From Lachnospiraceae bacterium (lineage in GTDB: Bacteria; Bacillota; Clostridia; Lachnospirales; Lachnospiraceae): DNA of 64,000 bases. The notes beneath the pieces are model-generated. The model had not been told where the DNA came from. It made no database searches and saw only the letters and a program-made list of their open reading frames with translations. The stretch lies in contig JBGUJH010000018.1 of the NCBI GenBank assembly GCA_045113775.1, positions 6,034 to 70,033 of the forward strand. Direction: 5' to 3'. Positions 28,812 through 38,963 of the stretch are shown piece after piece. Positions within the stretch are counted from its first letter, which is position 1. Every line of letters starts with the position of its first letter. A program made the translations under genes and the position numbers.

Positions 28812-31448
28812 ATGGACAACAACTATATTTTCCCTTTCTTATGGATGCGCGGTGAGCCGGAGGAAGTGATCCGCGAGGAGATCGCCAAGATCGCCGAGTG
28901 CGGGATCCGCGCCGTGTGCGTGGAGGCGAGACCCCACAAGGATTTCTGCGGACCGGGTTGGTGGCACGATATGGACATCGTCTTGGACGAGGCAAAAAAG
29001 AGAGACATGAAGATCTGGATCCTCGACGACAAACATTTCCCCACCGGTTATGCAAACGGCCTGATCGAGCAGCACCCGGAACGGAAAAAGCAGTATATTG
29101 CCTGCACCACAGTTGATATTTACGGCGCGAGTCGTCCTCTTTCGCTGAATATTCAGCGGATGCTCAAACCTACGATCGGCTTTTGGGAGATCGGCAATCC
29201 GGTCGATTACGCGGAACAGGCTAGAAATACGCTCGTCGCTGCAGTGGCGCTTCGCTATGAGGAAGGACATGTATTCCATGAGGACGTCGTGGATCTGACA
29301 GATTTGTGTAAGGACGGAAAAGCTTCCTTTAAGCTCCCGGAGGGGCAGTGGCGCGTCCATGTGATCTACCGCACAAGAACCGACGGCGGAGATCCGACCT
29401 ATATCAACATGATCGATAAGGTGTCCGCCCATACGCAGATTGAAGGCGTCTACGAGGCGCACTATGCCAAATATGCCGATGAATTCGGTAAAACGATCGC
29501 CGGATTTTTCTCCGATGAGCCGCAGTTTGGAAATATCAGTGAGCAGAGCTTTGACACGAAGCTGGGCAAGAAGAAAATGCCGCTTCCCTGGAGTGATGAG
29601 CTCGAGGAGATGCTCACTGACCGATACGGGTCAAAATATCGCACGCTCCTCCCTTTCCTCTTTGCGCAGAGCGCAGAGAAGAAGCTGCAGCCGCAGATCC
29701 GCTACGACTACATGGACTGCATTTCCAAGCTGTACGCGCAGAACTTCGCCCGCCCGATCGGAGAGTGGTGCCGGGAGCACGGAGTGGAGTATATCGGGCA
29801 TGTCGTAGAGGACAACAGCGTCCACAGCCGTTTGGGACTGGGCGCTGCTCACTGGTTCCGCGCGATGGAAGGGCAGGATATGGCCGGCATCGATGTGATC
29901 GGCGGGCAGTACTATTTTGGCGCTCCTGTACAGGAGAGAAAACTGATGGCAGAAGGAGACGGCGAATTCTTCCACTATGCGCTGGGCAAAATGGGCGCTT
30001 CCGGGGGACACCTGGACCCGAAGAAAAAGGGACGCACGATGTGCGAACTCTTCGGCGCTTACGGCTGGGGATTCGGCGTTCGCGATATGAAGCATCTGCT
30101 GGACCACCTTCTTGTGAGAGGGATAAATCATCTGGTTCCCCACGCCTTTTCCATGGCGGAATATCCTGACCCGGACTGCCCGCCGCACTTCTACGCGCGC
30201 GGAAATAATCCGCAGTTCCCGTACTTCGCGGAATTGATGAAATACGCGAACAGAATGTGCGGCATGCTGAACGGCGGAGAGCATATTGCGTCTGTTGCAG
30301 TCTTATATGACGGCGAGCTGGACTGGACGGGGGACCGCCTGCCCATGCAGAAGGTCTGCCGTGTGCTCACCGAGAATCAGATTGAGTTCGATATCGTCTG
30401 CCTGGATATGCTAAGAAATCTCTCTGCGTATAATGGGAGCTTTAAAGATGGCAAATTGGTCATCAACGGTATAACTTTTGACGCCCTTCTGGTGCCGGGC
30501 GCGGATTATGTGCCGGAAGGACTTCTGACATTTGCAGAGGAGCACAGTTCTTTCCCAATCTTATTTGTGGACCGCAAACCTGCAGGCATACTCAGTGATG
30601 AGAGTGGGAACGCGGAAGATACAGACGCTCTTGTCTGGATTCCGGCCGTCAGGTTCAATTCTCTTGCCGGAGATCTTGAAGAGATCTGCTCGAGAAAGCT
30701 CAGGCTCTCGCCTGCAGCACCTTTCGTCACTGTCTACCACTATCGAAAAGACGGCCAGATCCTGATGCTTATGAACGAGTCCGCGGAACTCGCCTATGAG
30801 GGAACTTTGGAATTGGCGGCAGGGAACGGTTTTGTATACTACGACGCCTTCAGGGACAGATATGAAGAAGCGCAGTGCAAGATTTGCGAAGGTCTTGCTG
30901 AGATCCGGATTTGTCTTCAGCCCGGAGAGAGCTGCCTGCTCGTAGAGAAGACCGGAGATATTAAGGCTCAGTGTGCGCATGTTGATTTCAACGAGCGGAT
31001 CGCAGGATGCAGCGAATATATTGATATTGCTGCAGACTGGGAAGTGCAGTGCACGAAGGCCGGGAAGGACACGCCTGCCGGAGAATGGAAGCTGATGAAG
31101 CAGCTCGCTCCGATCAGTGATGAGGATCCTTGCTTCTCAGGTACGATTCGCTATAGGAAGAACGTGCAGCTTGCGAAAAAGCCGGAGGAAGCCTATCTGG
31201 CAGCAGAGCAGGTATATGAAGTCATGCGGGTCACAGTCAACGGTGCAGAAGCCGGCACAGTGCTGACCCCGCCTTATCAGGTTTCGATCGGAAAGTTCCT
31301 GCAGGCAGGTGACAATACGATCGAGATCGAGGTGGCGACGACGCCGGCCCGCGACGCGGCTTCGTATCCGCAGCCGCCTTTTGACTTCTTCCATGAAGCG
31401 CTGGAGCCGACCGGAATGTGCGGAAATGTGGGGATTTATATAAGGTAG
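28812..31448 (+). CDS. GH106-like glycoside hydrolase (possible alpha-L-rhamnosidase) with C-terminal GH2-type sugar-binding domain
   Basis: WILDDKHFPTG, GFFSDEP, W..EHG...IGH, E.FGAYGW, GIN..V.HAF, PP.F motifs; substrate not certain. Confidence 0.65.
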   Translation: MDNNYIFPFLWMRGEPEEVIREEIAKIAECGIRAVCVEARPHKDFCGPGWWHDMDIVLDEAKKRDMKIWILDDKHFPTGYANGLIEQHPERKKQYIACTTVDIYGASRPLSLNIQRMLKPTIGFWEIGNPVDYAEQARNTLVAAVALRYEEGHVFHEDVVDLTDLCKDGKASFKLPEGQWRVHVIYRTRTDGGDPTYINMIDKVSAHTQIEGVYEAHYAKYADEFGKTIAGFFSDEPQFGNISEQSFDTKLGKKKMPLPWSDELEEMLTDRYGSKYRTLLPFLFAQSAEKKLQPQIRYDYMDCISKLYAQNFARPIGEWCREHGVEYIGHVVEDNSVHSRLGLGAAHWFRAMEGQDMAGIDVIGGQYYFGAPVQERKLMAEGDGEFFHYALGKMGASGGHLDPKKKGRTMCELFGAYGWGFGVRDMKHLLDHLLVRGINHLVPHAFSMAEYPDPDCPPHFYARGNNPQFPYFAELMKYANRMCGMLNGGEHIASVAVLYDGELDWTGDRLPMQKVCRVLTENQIEFDIVCLDMLRNLSAYNGSFKDGKLVINGITFDALLVPGADYVPEGLLTFAEEHSSFPILFVDRKPAGILSDESGNAEDTDALVWIPAVRFNSLAGDLEEICSRKLRLSPAAPFVTVYHYRKDGQILMLMNESAELAYEGTLELAAGNGFVYYDAFRDRYEEAQCKICEGLAEIRICLQPGESCLLVEKTGDIKAQCAHVDFNERIAGCSEYIDIAADWEVQCTKAGKDTPAGEWKLMKQLAPISDEDPCFSGTIRYRKNVQLAKKPEEAYLAAEQVYEVMRVTVNGAEAGTVLTPPYQVSIGKFLQAGDNTIEIEVATTPARDAASYPQPPFDFFHEALEPTGMCGNVGIYIR

Positions 31449-31477
31449 AGGTGTTTATTTCTACAAGAGAGTGTGAT

Positions 31478-31780
31478 GTCAGTGCAATTGCCCGTTTCGG
31501 GACTGTTGCACTGACATTGTTGCGAGTGGAGTCAGTGCAGATGGGGGAAAAGGGGCTTTAGCACTGACACCTTGGCGTGGTCCGTCAGTGCAGATGGTAG
31601 AAATGAGGGTTTAGCACTGACGTCTCGGCGAGTGTCGTCAGTGCAGATTGGGGAAATGCGGCTTTTGCACTGACATTTCCGCACAAGTCGACAGTGCAGA
31701 AGCCCGAATCCGGTCTTTAGCACTGAAATTCCCGCGCAAGTCGACAGTGCAGAAGCCCAAACCAGGTTTCCGGCACTGAC
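31478..31780. repeat. Six palindromic units at an exact 53-bp period
   Basis: GTCAGTGC-N22-GCACTGAC starting 31478, 31531, 31584, 31637, 31690, 31743 (last two begin GACAGTGC). Confidence 0.9.
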
Positions 31781-31877
31781 ATTCCCGCACCGCTTACTAC
31801 ACATAAATGCAACAGATTGCCCTATATGACTCAATTGCTTCATATAATCTGCATACTTACTGCCTGAACCTGCAGCC

Positions 31878-31904
31878 TGCAATCAGAAAGAGCTATTTGT
31901 TGCA
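31878..31904. promoter_or_regulatory. Putative operator dyad
   Basis: TGCAAT-N15-GTTGCA upstream of dfgAB. Confidence 0.65.
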
Positions 31905-32082
31905 GGCTGTGTCTCGCCCAAAGAAAAAACGGCATGGATTTGCAACGATTGACACTTCTTCTAAAACCACTGAAAAGAATAAAGGCTTCCAAATCCATAA
32001 AATAATACTTGGAAACAACACAGACACCAATGTTAATCGATTCCCGGCGCCGACAGGGCGTCTCACGAAAGGAGAGATTGTT

Positions 32083-32955
32083 ATGTACAAATATGACAGA
32101 AAAGGACCCAAGCGCGGCGTGGCACTGTACAGCTACTCTGCAGAATTCGGTCTGACGAAGACACTTGAGGACTGCTTCGAAGATGTCCACGATATGGGCG
32201 CCCACGGAATTGAGATCCTGGCTAACACACATATCGAGAACTATCCTTATCCTACAGACGAGTGGGTAGAGAACTGGTTCAGGCTTTGCGACAAATATGA
32301 GGTCGTTCCGGTAGAGTACGGCAACTGGATCGATTCCCATGTCCTCGGCGACAGGGACCTCACAACGGAAGAGTCCATTGAAATGCTCAAGAGAGATATC
32401 CGCCTGGCTCACCGCCTTGGTTTCACTGTTATGAGAACCAAGATGCCCGTTATCAATGATCTGCTCGAGCCCGTTCTTAACTGGAGAGAGATCATTAAGG
32501 GAGCCCTTCCGCTGGCTGAGGAACTCGGCATCCAGATGTGCCCCGAGATCCACACTCCTTCCAACCTGCAGGGCAAACTGGTCACAGAGTTCGTCGACTT
32601 CATCAAGGAGACCGGCACGAAGAACTTCGGCCTCAACATCGACTTCTCCGTTTTCCGCACAGAGTTCAAGGAAGGCGAGTGGGTAGATCCCAATTACACA
32701 CCCAACAAGCCCGAAGACATCATCCCGCTTCTTCCTTACATCTACTGCTGCCACGCCAAGTTCATCAACATGAGCGATGACTTCCAGGAGACCACAATCC
32801 CGTATCCTCAGATCATCAAGGTCATGCAGGAGAACGGCTACGACGGCTATCTGCTCAGCGAATATGAAGGCGCAGACAAGTATGATGACGGCTACGAAGT
32901 AGGCCAGACACTGAGAAAACAGCACATCATGCTCAAGAATCTGCTTGGTGACTAA
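32083..32955 (+). CDS. dfgA: Flavonoid C-glycoside deglycosidase alpha subunit DfgA
   Basis: [21 protein letters not shown]...[10 protein letters not shown]...CHAKF...[10 protein letters not shown]; very close to recalled E. cellulosolvens DfgA; start at ATG after aggag. Confidence 0.85.
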   Translation: MYKYDRKGPKRGVALYSYSAEFGLTKTLEDCFEDVHDMGAHGIEILANTHIENYPYPTDEWVENWFRLCDKYEVVPVEYGNWIDSHVLGDRDLTTEESIEMLKRDIRLAHRLGFTVMRTKMPVINDLLEPVLNWREIIKGALPLAEELGIQMCPEIHTPSNLQGKLVTEFVDFIKETGTKNFGLNIDFSVFRTEFKEGEWVDPNYTPNKPEDIIPLLPYIYCCHAKFINMSDDFQETTIPYPQIIKVMQENGYDGYLLSEYEGADKYDDGYEVGQTLRKQHIMLKNLLGD

Positions 32956-32981
32956 AGAACCGGCTCAAGGAGGTAAGAATT

Positions 32982-33425
32982 ATGGAAAAACAGGTTATCC
33001 AGTCTGTAGGATTCAGAAATATCAAAGATGAGAACGGAAATGTCACCGGCTTTCAGTTCAAGGTGAGACTTCCTTATTACAGAGGCATTTTCCTCTCTCA
33101 GATTCGTCCCGGCACACTTTTCATCGACGGTGAGAAGATTGAGAAAGAGGACATCATCTGGAACATCAAGGGCGAAGATTTCACGAACGAAGAGATGAGA
33201 ACCGACTTCCAGACACATTGGGCAGTCACATGCCCCGCTGTTCTGAAGGTGAAAAAGCCCGGTGGACTCGCTCAGGGTTATCACGATCTGAAGTACGGCT
33301 TTTGCTTTACTTCCTCTTACATGCCGCCCATCATCCAGGCACACCTCGATCCTGATCAGGAGAGCATGGTGTTCATGCCTGAGTTCGGCCATCACGTAAA
33401 TGAAAGAAGACTGCTGATCGTCTGA
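32982..33425 (+). CDS. dfgB: C-glycoside deglycosidase beta subunit DfgB (DUF6379)
   Basis: MEKQVIQSVGFRNIK...LPYYRG.FLSQIRPG...GFCFTSSYMPP...MPEFGHHVNERRLLIV. Confidence 0.85.
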   Translation: MEKQVIQSVGFRNIKDENGNVTGFQFKVRLPYYRGIFLSQIRPGTLFIDGEKIEKEDIIWNIKGEDFTNEEMRTDFQTHWAVTCPAVLKVKKPGGLAQGYHDLKYGFCFTSSYMPPIIQAHLDPDQESMVFMPEFGHHVNERRLLIV

Positions 33426-33446
33426 TCAGTATTTGACTTAACCGGT

Positions 33447-33487
33447 ATAGGGACCGGCGATCAACTGGGAAGATCGCCGGTCCCTAT
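33447..33487. terminator. Bidirectional terminator
   Basis: atagggaccggcgatc...gatcgccggtccctat between convergent genes. Confidence 0.7.
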
Positions 33488-33493
33488 TGTCGA

Positions 33494-34357
33494 TTACTCA
33501 ACCATCAATTCCGAAGTGTTTAACGTTGGATCAAAATCGGAATTATTGCCCGAGTTGGAGCGAAGGTTCAAAACATAGCCGTCCGGCAGTTCTCTGGGAG
33601 AATGCCCGGTGATCTGTCTGAAGACCCTGTTAAAATTCCGGATCGTGTCAAAACCGCAGTTCATTGCTATTTCTGTCATGCTCATTTCTGTATTCCGGAT
33701 CAGGTCGATCGCTTTATTTACTCGGATATGATTCAGATACATCGAGAAAGTCATCCCTGATATTTTCTTAAAGAAACGGGAGAAATAGGCTTCCGACATG
33801 TTCATATACTCTACAGCTCTGGAAAAGCTGTAATCTTCCGCGTGCTCGTCGATATCATACAGAAGCTTTTTATACCGCTCGGTCGCCGCTGAGGTCGATA
33901 CAGCCTCTTTCTTAATCTCCAGAGCAGAGAAGACTTCGGCGATCATCTGCTGCATCAGGGCGTTGCTGATCTCGTCATAGAACCTTTCCTTTTTAAAACA
34001 GGCCGCACGGATCTTCTCAAGCGTTTCCAGTACATGGAAGTCGTCCGTGAAGACTGCATCACAGAGACAATAATTGTCGGTGATACGGCGTATGAGTTCC
34101 TCAGAAAAGAGAGAAACATACAGGGTTGCCCCAGGGGCGGAAAGAATCGAATGGACGGATTGTCCCCTCAGATAAATACACTGTCCTTTCCGCAGTGTAT
34201 AGGTCTCCTGATTGAGGGAAATCAGCGCTTCTCCGCTCTCGCAAACGGCGATCTCGTGATCAAAGTGCCAGTGTGATATGTTTTTCAGGTTTCGATATTT
34301 TCCCACCCAGACAAGGGTGTGGTCCGGATAGATCCGGTGCTCATGATTTGCTAACAT
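33494..34357 (-). CDS. AraC-family regulator, probably of the ara operon
   Basis: SHWHFDHEI cupin; YFSRFFKK, CGFDTIRNFNRVF HTH; divergent from araA. Confidence 0.9.
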   Translation of the reverse strand: MLANHEHRIYPDHTLVWVGKYRNLKNISHWHFDHEIAVCESGEALISLNQETYTLRKGQCIYLRGQSVHSILSAPGATLYVSLFSEELIRRITDNYCLCDAVFTDDFHVLETLEKIRAACFKKERFYDEISNALMQQMIAEVFSALEIKKEAVSTSAATERYKKLLYDIDEHAEDYSFSRAVEYMNMSEAYFSRFFKKISGMTFSMYLNHIRVNKAIDLIRNTEMSMTEIAMNCGFDTIRNFNRVFRQITGHSPRELPDGYVLNLRSNSGNNSDFDPTLNTSELMVE

Positions 34358-34508
34358 ATTTCAAGTTTACGGTATAGGTCAATAAATGTCCAGAATGGGG
34401 GATTAGATTTCTTTAATCCGCAAGGGCGTTTTCCTATAATTCAGTTTAGGAAACAACACAGCACTTAACAACGGTTTCAGCGCAAAGCGCATTGATATGG
34501 AGGTAATT

Positions 34509-35969
34509 ATGAAGCAGTTCTGGTTTGTGGTAGGATCCCAAGATCTTTACGGAGAAGAAGTACTTAAGACAGTGGCAGAGAGAGCGGGAGAGATGGCCGC
34601 ATGGCTGAGCGAAAAGCTTCCTTATCCTCTGGTATATAAGGTTACGGCTATGTCTTCCGGTCAGATCACAAAGGTGATCAAGGAAGCTAACTATGACGAC
34701 GATTGCCTTGGCGTGGTGACATGGTGCCATACCTTCTCGCCTTCCAAGATGTGGCTGACGGGTCTTGCAATGCTGCAGAAGCCCTGGTGCCATCTGGCGA
34801 CCCAGTACAACAAGGAAATCCCGAACGAAGAGATCGACATGGATTTCATGAACCTCAACCAGGCGGCTCACGGTGACAGAGAGCACGGCTTTATGGGTGC
34901 TCGTCTCAGAAAAGCCAGAAAAGTGATCGCAGGTTATTGGAAAGAAGAGAACGTGATCGCAAGACTGGCGCAGTTCCAGAAGGTCTGCGTCGGCATCGAT
35001 TTCTCCAAAAACCTTAAGGTCATGCGCTTTGGCGACAACATGAGAGACGTAGCTGTTACCGAAGGCGACAAGGTCGAGGCACAGAACAAGCTCGGCTGGG
35101 AAGTCAATTTCTGGGCGGTAGGCGATCTGGTAAAAGAGATGAAGGCAGTCACCGAGGAAGAGGTGGATGTGCTCTGCAGGGAATATTTTGACCAGTACGA
35201 TGTGGCCACAGATAACACAGCCGCCATCAGATATCAGGCGAGAGAAGAGATCGCTATGAAGAAGATGATGGACAGGAACGGCTGCAAGGCGTTCAGCAAC
35301 ACCTTCCAGGATCTCTACGGCATGGAGCAGCTCCCCGGACTCGCATCCCAGCACCTGATGGCCCAGGGCTACGGCTACGGCGGAGAAGGTGACTGGAAAG
35401 TCAGCGCTATGACAGCCATCCTCAAGAAGATGGGCGAAGGCGAGAACGGCGCTTCCGCTTTCATGGAAGACTACACCTATCACTTGGTCGACGGGGCGAA
35501 ATATTCCCTGGGCGCGCACATGCTGGAGGTCTGCCCGTCTCTCGCGGCAGGAAAGCCCCGAATTGAGACCCATCACCTGGGCATCGGCATGAATGAGAAG
35601 GATCCGGCCCGTCTGGTCTTTGACGGCAGAGAGGGCAAAGGAATCGTTGTCTCCCTGATCGATATGGGCGGCAGGATGAGACTGATCGTACAGGATATCG
35701 AGTGCGTAAAGCCCATCATGGACATGCCCAACCTTCCCGTCGCCAAGGTCATGTGGAAAGCTATGCCTTCCCTGGAGACAGGCGTGGAGTGCTGGATCAC
35801 AGCAGGCGGCGCTCACCACACAGTGCTCAGCCTGGATGTCACTGCGGAGATGATGCGCGACTTCGCTAAGTTTATGGATCTTGAATTTGTACATATCACC
35901 AAAGACACAACTGTTGAGGAACTTGAAGATAAGCTGCTGGTGAACGACCTGATCTGGAAGCTTCGCTGA
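34509..35969 (+). CDS. araA: L-arabinose isomerase
   Basis: FWFVVGSQDLYG, HTFSP.KMW, MNLNQAAHGDRE, EGDWK, FMEDY, GAHMLEV, AGGAHH. Confidence 0.95.
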   Translation: MKQFWFVVGSQDLYGEEVLKTVAERAGEMAAWLSEKLPYPLVYKVTAMSSGQITKVIKEANYDDDCLGVVTWCHTFSPSKMWLTGLAMLQKPWCHLATQYNKEIPNEEIDMDFMNLNQAAHGDREHGFMGARLRKARKVIAGYWKEENVIARLAQFQKVCVGIDFSKNLKVMRFGDNMRDVAVTEGDKVEAQNKLGWEVNFWAVGDLVKEMKAVTEEEVDVLCREYFDQYDVATDNTAAIRYQAREEIAMKKMMDRNGCKAFSNTFQDLYGMEQLPGLASQHLMAQGYGYGGEGDWKVSAMTAILKKMGEGENGASAFMEDYTYHLVDGAKYSLGAHMLEVCPSLAAGKPRIETHHLGIGMNEKDPARLVFDGREGKGIVVSLIDMGGRMRLIVQDIECVKPIMDMPNLPVAKVMWKAMPSLETGVECWITAGGAHHTVLSLDVTAEMMRDFAKFMDLEFVHITKDTTVEELEDKLLVNDLIWKLR

Positions 35970-36017
35970 TCCTGATTCAGAAAAAGCATTTGGCTTCACC
36001 ATAGGAGGATGTAAGAC

Positions 36018-37571
36018 ATGAATTTAAAAGAGACAGCGATCGGAATAGAACTCGGCTCCACAAGAATTAAGGCTGTCATGATCGGCAGGAACCATGAAGT
36101 GCTGGCCCAGGGAGATTTCATCTGGGAGAACAGTTTCAGAGACGGCGTATGGACATATTCCCTTGAAGACGTGAAAACCGGCCTTCAGAACTGCTTTGCG
36201 GAGCTCAAAAAGGATGTATTGCAAAAGTATGATACAGTGCTGACGACCACCGGGGCGATCGGCGTTTCCGCTATGATGCACGGCTATCTGCCCTTTGACA
36301 AAGATGACTGGCAGCTGTGTGAATTCCGAACCTGGAGAAACACCATTACACAGGAAGCGGCAGAAAAACTGAGTGAACTGTTCGACTTCAACATTCCACA
36401 GAGATGGTCCATCGCTCACCTTTACCAGGCGATCCTGAATAAGGAAGAACATGTGAAAGATATCGCCTATATCACTACTCTGGCGGGATATGTCCACTTT
36501 GTCCTGACCGGAGAGAGAGTAATGGGAATCGGCGAAGCGAGCGGCATGTTCCCGATCGATTCCGAGAAACTCTGCTACGACGAAGAGATGGTCAGGAAGT
36601 TCAACGAGTGCACAGGCCTCGACCTTCTCTCCATGCTGCCTCAGATCAAGCTGGCAGGCGAGCCCGCCGGCGTGCTGACTGAGGACGGCGCGCTGTATCT
36701 TGATCCTTCCGGAAAACTGGAAGCGGGAATTCCCGTCGCTCCCTGTGAAGGCGACGCCGGGACCGGCATGGTCGCGACGGATTCTGTCCGCGTAAGGACA
36801 GGCAATGTAAGCGCGGGGACCAGCGATTTCGCTATGGTCGTAACTGACAAAAAGCTGAAAAAACACAGAGAGATCGATATGGTGACGACGCCTGCCGGCA
36901 AGCCAGTCGCGATGGTGCACTGCAACAACTGCACTTCCGACATCAACGCCTGGGTGAAACTGATCAGGGAGTCCCTGAGCGAATTCGGCTTCACGGTCGA
37001 CACCAACACACTTTTCACCAAGCTGTTTCAAGCAGCCCTCAGAGGCGACGACGACTGCGGCGACCTTCTCAGCTACAACTACTTCTCCGGCGAAGGCGTG
37101 ACGGACCTCAACGAAGGACGGCTCCTCTTCATGAGAAAAGCGGATTCCAGATTTACGCTTGCCAACTTCATGAGGACCCACCTTTACTCTGCAATGGCTA
37201 CGCTGAAGATCGGCATGGATATCCTGCATAAGGAAAATGTGGCGATCGACAAGATCTACGGCCACGGCGGTTTCTTCAAGACACCTGAAGTGGGACAGAG
37301 GGTCCTCTCCGCGGCGATCGACACACCTGTATCCGTCATGGAGACGGCCGGTGAAGGCGGCCCTTACGGCATGGCGCTTCTGTGCGCTTACATGCTGTGG
37401 AAAGAGGACGAAACTCTGGAAGACTATCTGGATGACAAAGTATTCCACGGCTGCAAAGCAGTAACTGTCATGGCAGAGCAGAAAGAAGTGGACGGCTTTA
37501 ACAAGTTCATCGCAGATTACAAGAGCTGCCTCAAGGTCGAGAAGGAGGCCATTAAATGCTGGAAGAACTGA
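36018..37571 (+). CDS. araB: FGGY-family L-ribulokinase
   Basis: GIELGSTRIKA, SAMMHGY, FRTWRN, EGDAGTGM, VHCNN, EGGPYGMA; lies between araA and araD. Confidence 0.8.
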   Translation: MNLKETAIGIELGSTRIKAVMIGRNHEVLAQGDFIWENSFRDGVWTYSLEDVKTGLQNCFAELKKDVLQKYDTVLTTTGAIGVSAMMHGYLPFDKDDWQLCEFRTWRNTITQEAAEKLSELFDFNIPQRWSIAHLYQAILNKEEHVKDIAYITTLAGYVHFVLTGERVMGIGEASGMFPIDSEKLCYDEEMVRKFNECTGLDLLSMLPQIKLAGEPAGVLTEDGALYLDPSGKLEAGIPVAPCEGDAGTGMVATDSVRVRTGNVSAGTSDFAMVVTDKKLKKHREIDMVTTPAGKPVAMVHCNNCTSDINAWVKLIRESLSEFGFTVDTNTLFTKLFQAALRGDDDCGDLLSYNYFSGEGVTDLNEGRLLFMRKADSRFTLANFMRTHLYSAMATLKIGMDILHKENVAIDKIYGHGGFFKTPEVGQRVLSAAIDTPVSVMETAGEGGPYGMALLCAYMLWKEDETLEDYLDDKVFHGCKAVTVMAEQKEVDGFNKFIADYKSCLKVEKEAIKCWKN

Positions 37572-38251
37572 AAAGAGAAGTCTACGAAGCCAATATGCTG
37601 CTTCCCAAGTACGGACTTGTAACTTTTACATGGGGCAACGTAAGCGGAGTTGACAGAGAGAAAAAGCTCTTTGTGATCAAGCCCAGCGGAGTCCCTTATG
37701 AAGAACTTAAACCCGAAGACATGGTAGTCGTCGATTTCGACGGCAACAAAGTGGAAGGCGCGATGAACCCTTCTTCTGACACGCCTACGCACGCATGGCT
37801 TTACAAGAAGTTTGACAAGATTGGCGGGATCGTGCACACGCATTCCGCCTATGCGACAAGCTGGGCGCAGTCCGGCAGGAGCATCCCCTGCTACGGAACG
37901 ACTCACGCGGACTACTACTACGGCGAGGTGCCTTGTCTGCGCTGCCTGACGGAAGAGGAGATCGAGGACGCATATGAACTCAACACAGGAAAGCTGATCG
38001 TGGACGAGTTCGCGCGTCTTGGCAAGGATCCCGAGGCGGTCTCTGCAGTCATCTGCAAGAACCACGGACCTTTCGCATGGGGCAAGGATCCCGAAGACGC
38101 TGTACACTGCGCAGTTGTACTGGAAGAGGTCGCCAAGATGGCCTTCCGGACAGAGCTGATCAATCCCAAGGTCGCTCAGGCGCCGCAGGAGCTCCAGGAC
38201 AAGCACTACTACAGAAAGCACGGCGCGAACGCGTATTACGGGCAGAAGTAA
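37556..38251 (+). CDS. araD: L-ribulose-5-phosphate 4-epimerase
   Basis: TFTWGNVS, IKPSGV, PSSDTPTH, HTHS, GTTHADY, NHGPF, KHG.NAYYGQ. Confidence 0.95.
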   Translation: MLEELKREVYEANMLLPKYGLVTFTWGNVSGVDREKKLFVIKPSGVPYEELKPEDMVVVDFDGNKVEGAMNPSSDTPTHAWLYKKFDKIGGIVHTHSAYATSWAQSGRSIPCYGTTHADYYYGEVPCLRCLTEEEIEDAYELNTGKLIVDEFARLGKDPEAVSAVICKNHGPFAWGKDPEDAVHCAVVLEEVAKMAFRTELINPKVAQAPQELQDKHYYRKHGANAYYGQK

Positions 38252-38273
38252 AAATTAGATTTCCTGTGTACAG

Positions 38274-38306
38274 AATGGCTGTCGCATTTAGCGGCAGCCA
38301 TTTTTT
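38274..38306 (+). terminator. ara operon terminator
   Basis: aatggctgtcgc-attta-gcggcagccatttttt. Confidence 0.75.
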
Positions 38307-38422
38307 GGAGTCATTTTTGGGGGAGTCATTTCAGAAGTTTTCTTGCAAGGTTCGCAGGGCGGGCCGCCGCGCCGCGTGCGGGGCACCGGCCCGTGTGGTG
38401 GTTCCATGCTGTGAAATCTGCT

Positions 38423-38714
38423 GTTGGACCATAGGGGCTGTATTGGATCAGCCTGCCCCCATAGGAAAATATGGAACAGGCGAAATTCATTCGTATTTCA
38501 TCCCTTTTCCTGATGAGTTGGATTAATACGTTAAATATAAGGGAGACGGCCTCCATTCACATGCGATGACATGCAGTGTAATGGAGGCCGCCTCCTTTGA
38601 ATTCTTGTCTGTGATCCAACTGCTGTAAAATTCTGCTTTATATCTGCTGGTTTTGCCGGAAAATGAAAATTTGCATGGAGGCCAAGACTGTTATTAAAGC
38701 TGTTATAATCCAAC
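38423..38714. repeat. Mirror-symmetric element of four GTTGGA-N26-GCCYCCAT units (copy A)
   Basis: Forward units at 38423 and 38517, reverse units ending 38620 and 38714; 94-bp spacing. Confidence 0.8.
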
Positions 38715-38798
38715 CAATGACTCTAGCAGGAGTATTCTCAAGTCAAGTCTTGCAGGGCGAGCCTTGAGCGGATGCAACACTTCCCGCTTTGCAAATGA

Positions 38799-38825
38799 TG
38801 CAAACGAACACATCTATTTGTTGCA
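38799..38825. promoter_or_regulatory. Putative operator dyad
   Basis: TGCAAA-N15-GTTGCA upstream of oxidoreductase. Confidence 0.6.
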
Positions 38826-38963
38826 GAGATGACGGGCAATAAAACTCTAATTGCAACGAAAGCACCCATCACAGAAACACATGAAAAGATTAAGCTCCCC
38901 TTTTTCAATAAAATAGTTTCATCAGATGAACTCAATTAAACTATTTATAAAAGGAGGACACAC

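Noticed and set aside
31478-31780. Possible CRISPR array
   Set aside because: The variable region lies inside the palindrome, linkers are only 15 bp, and there are no cas genes.
31807-32082. 92-aa N-terminal extension of dfgA in the ORF track
   Set aside because: The paralog starts at MYKYDRKG, a clear RBS precedes 32083, and the extension overlaps the operator dyad.
18640-34385. Shared aggtcaataa in both divergent AraC promoter regions
   Set aside because: Only a 10-bp match at two sites; too weak to call an operator.
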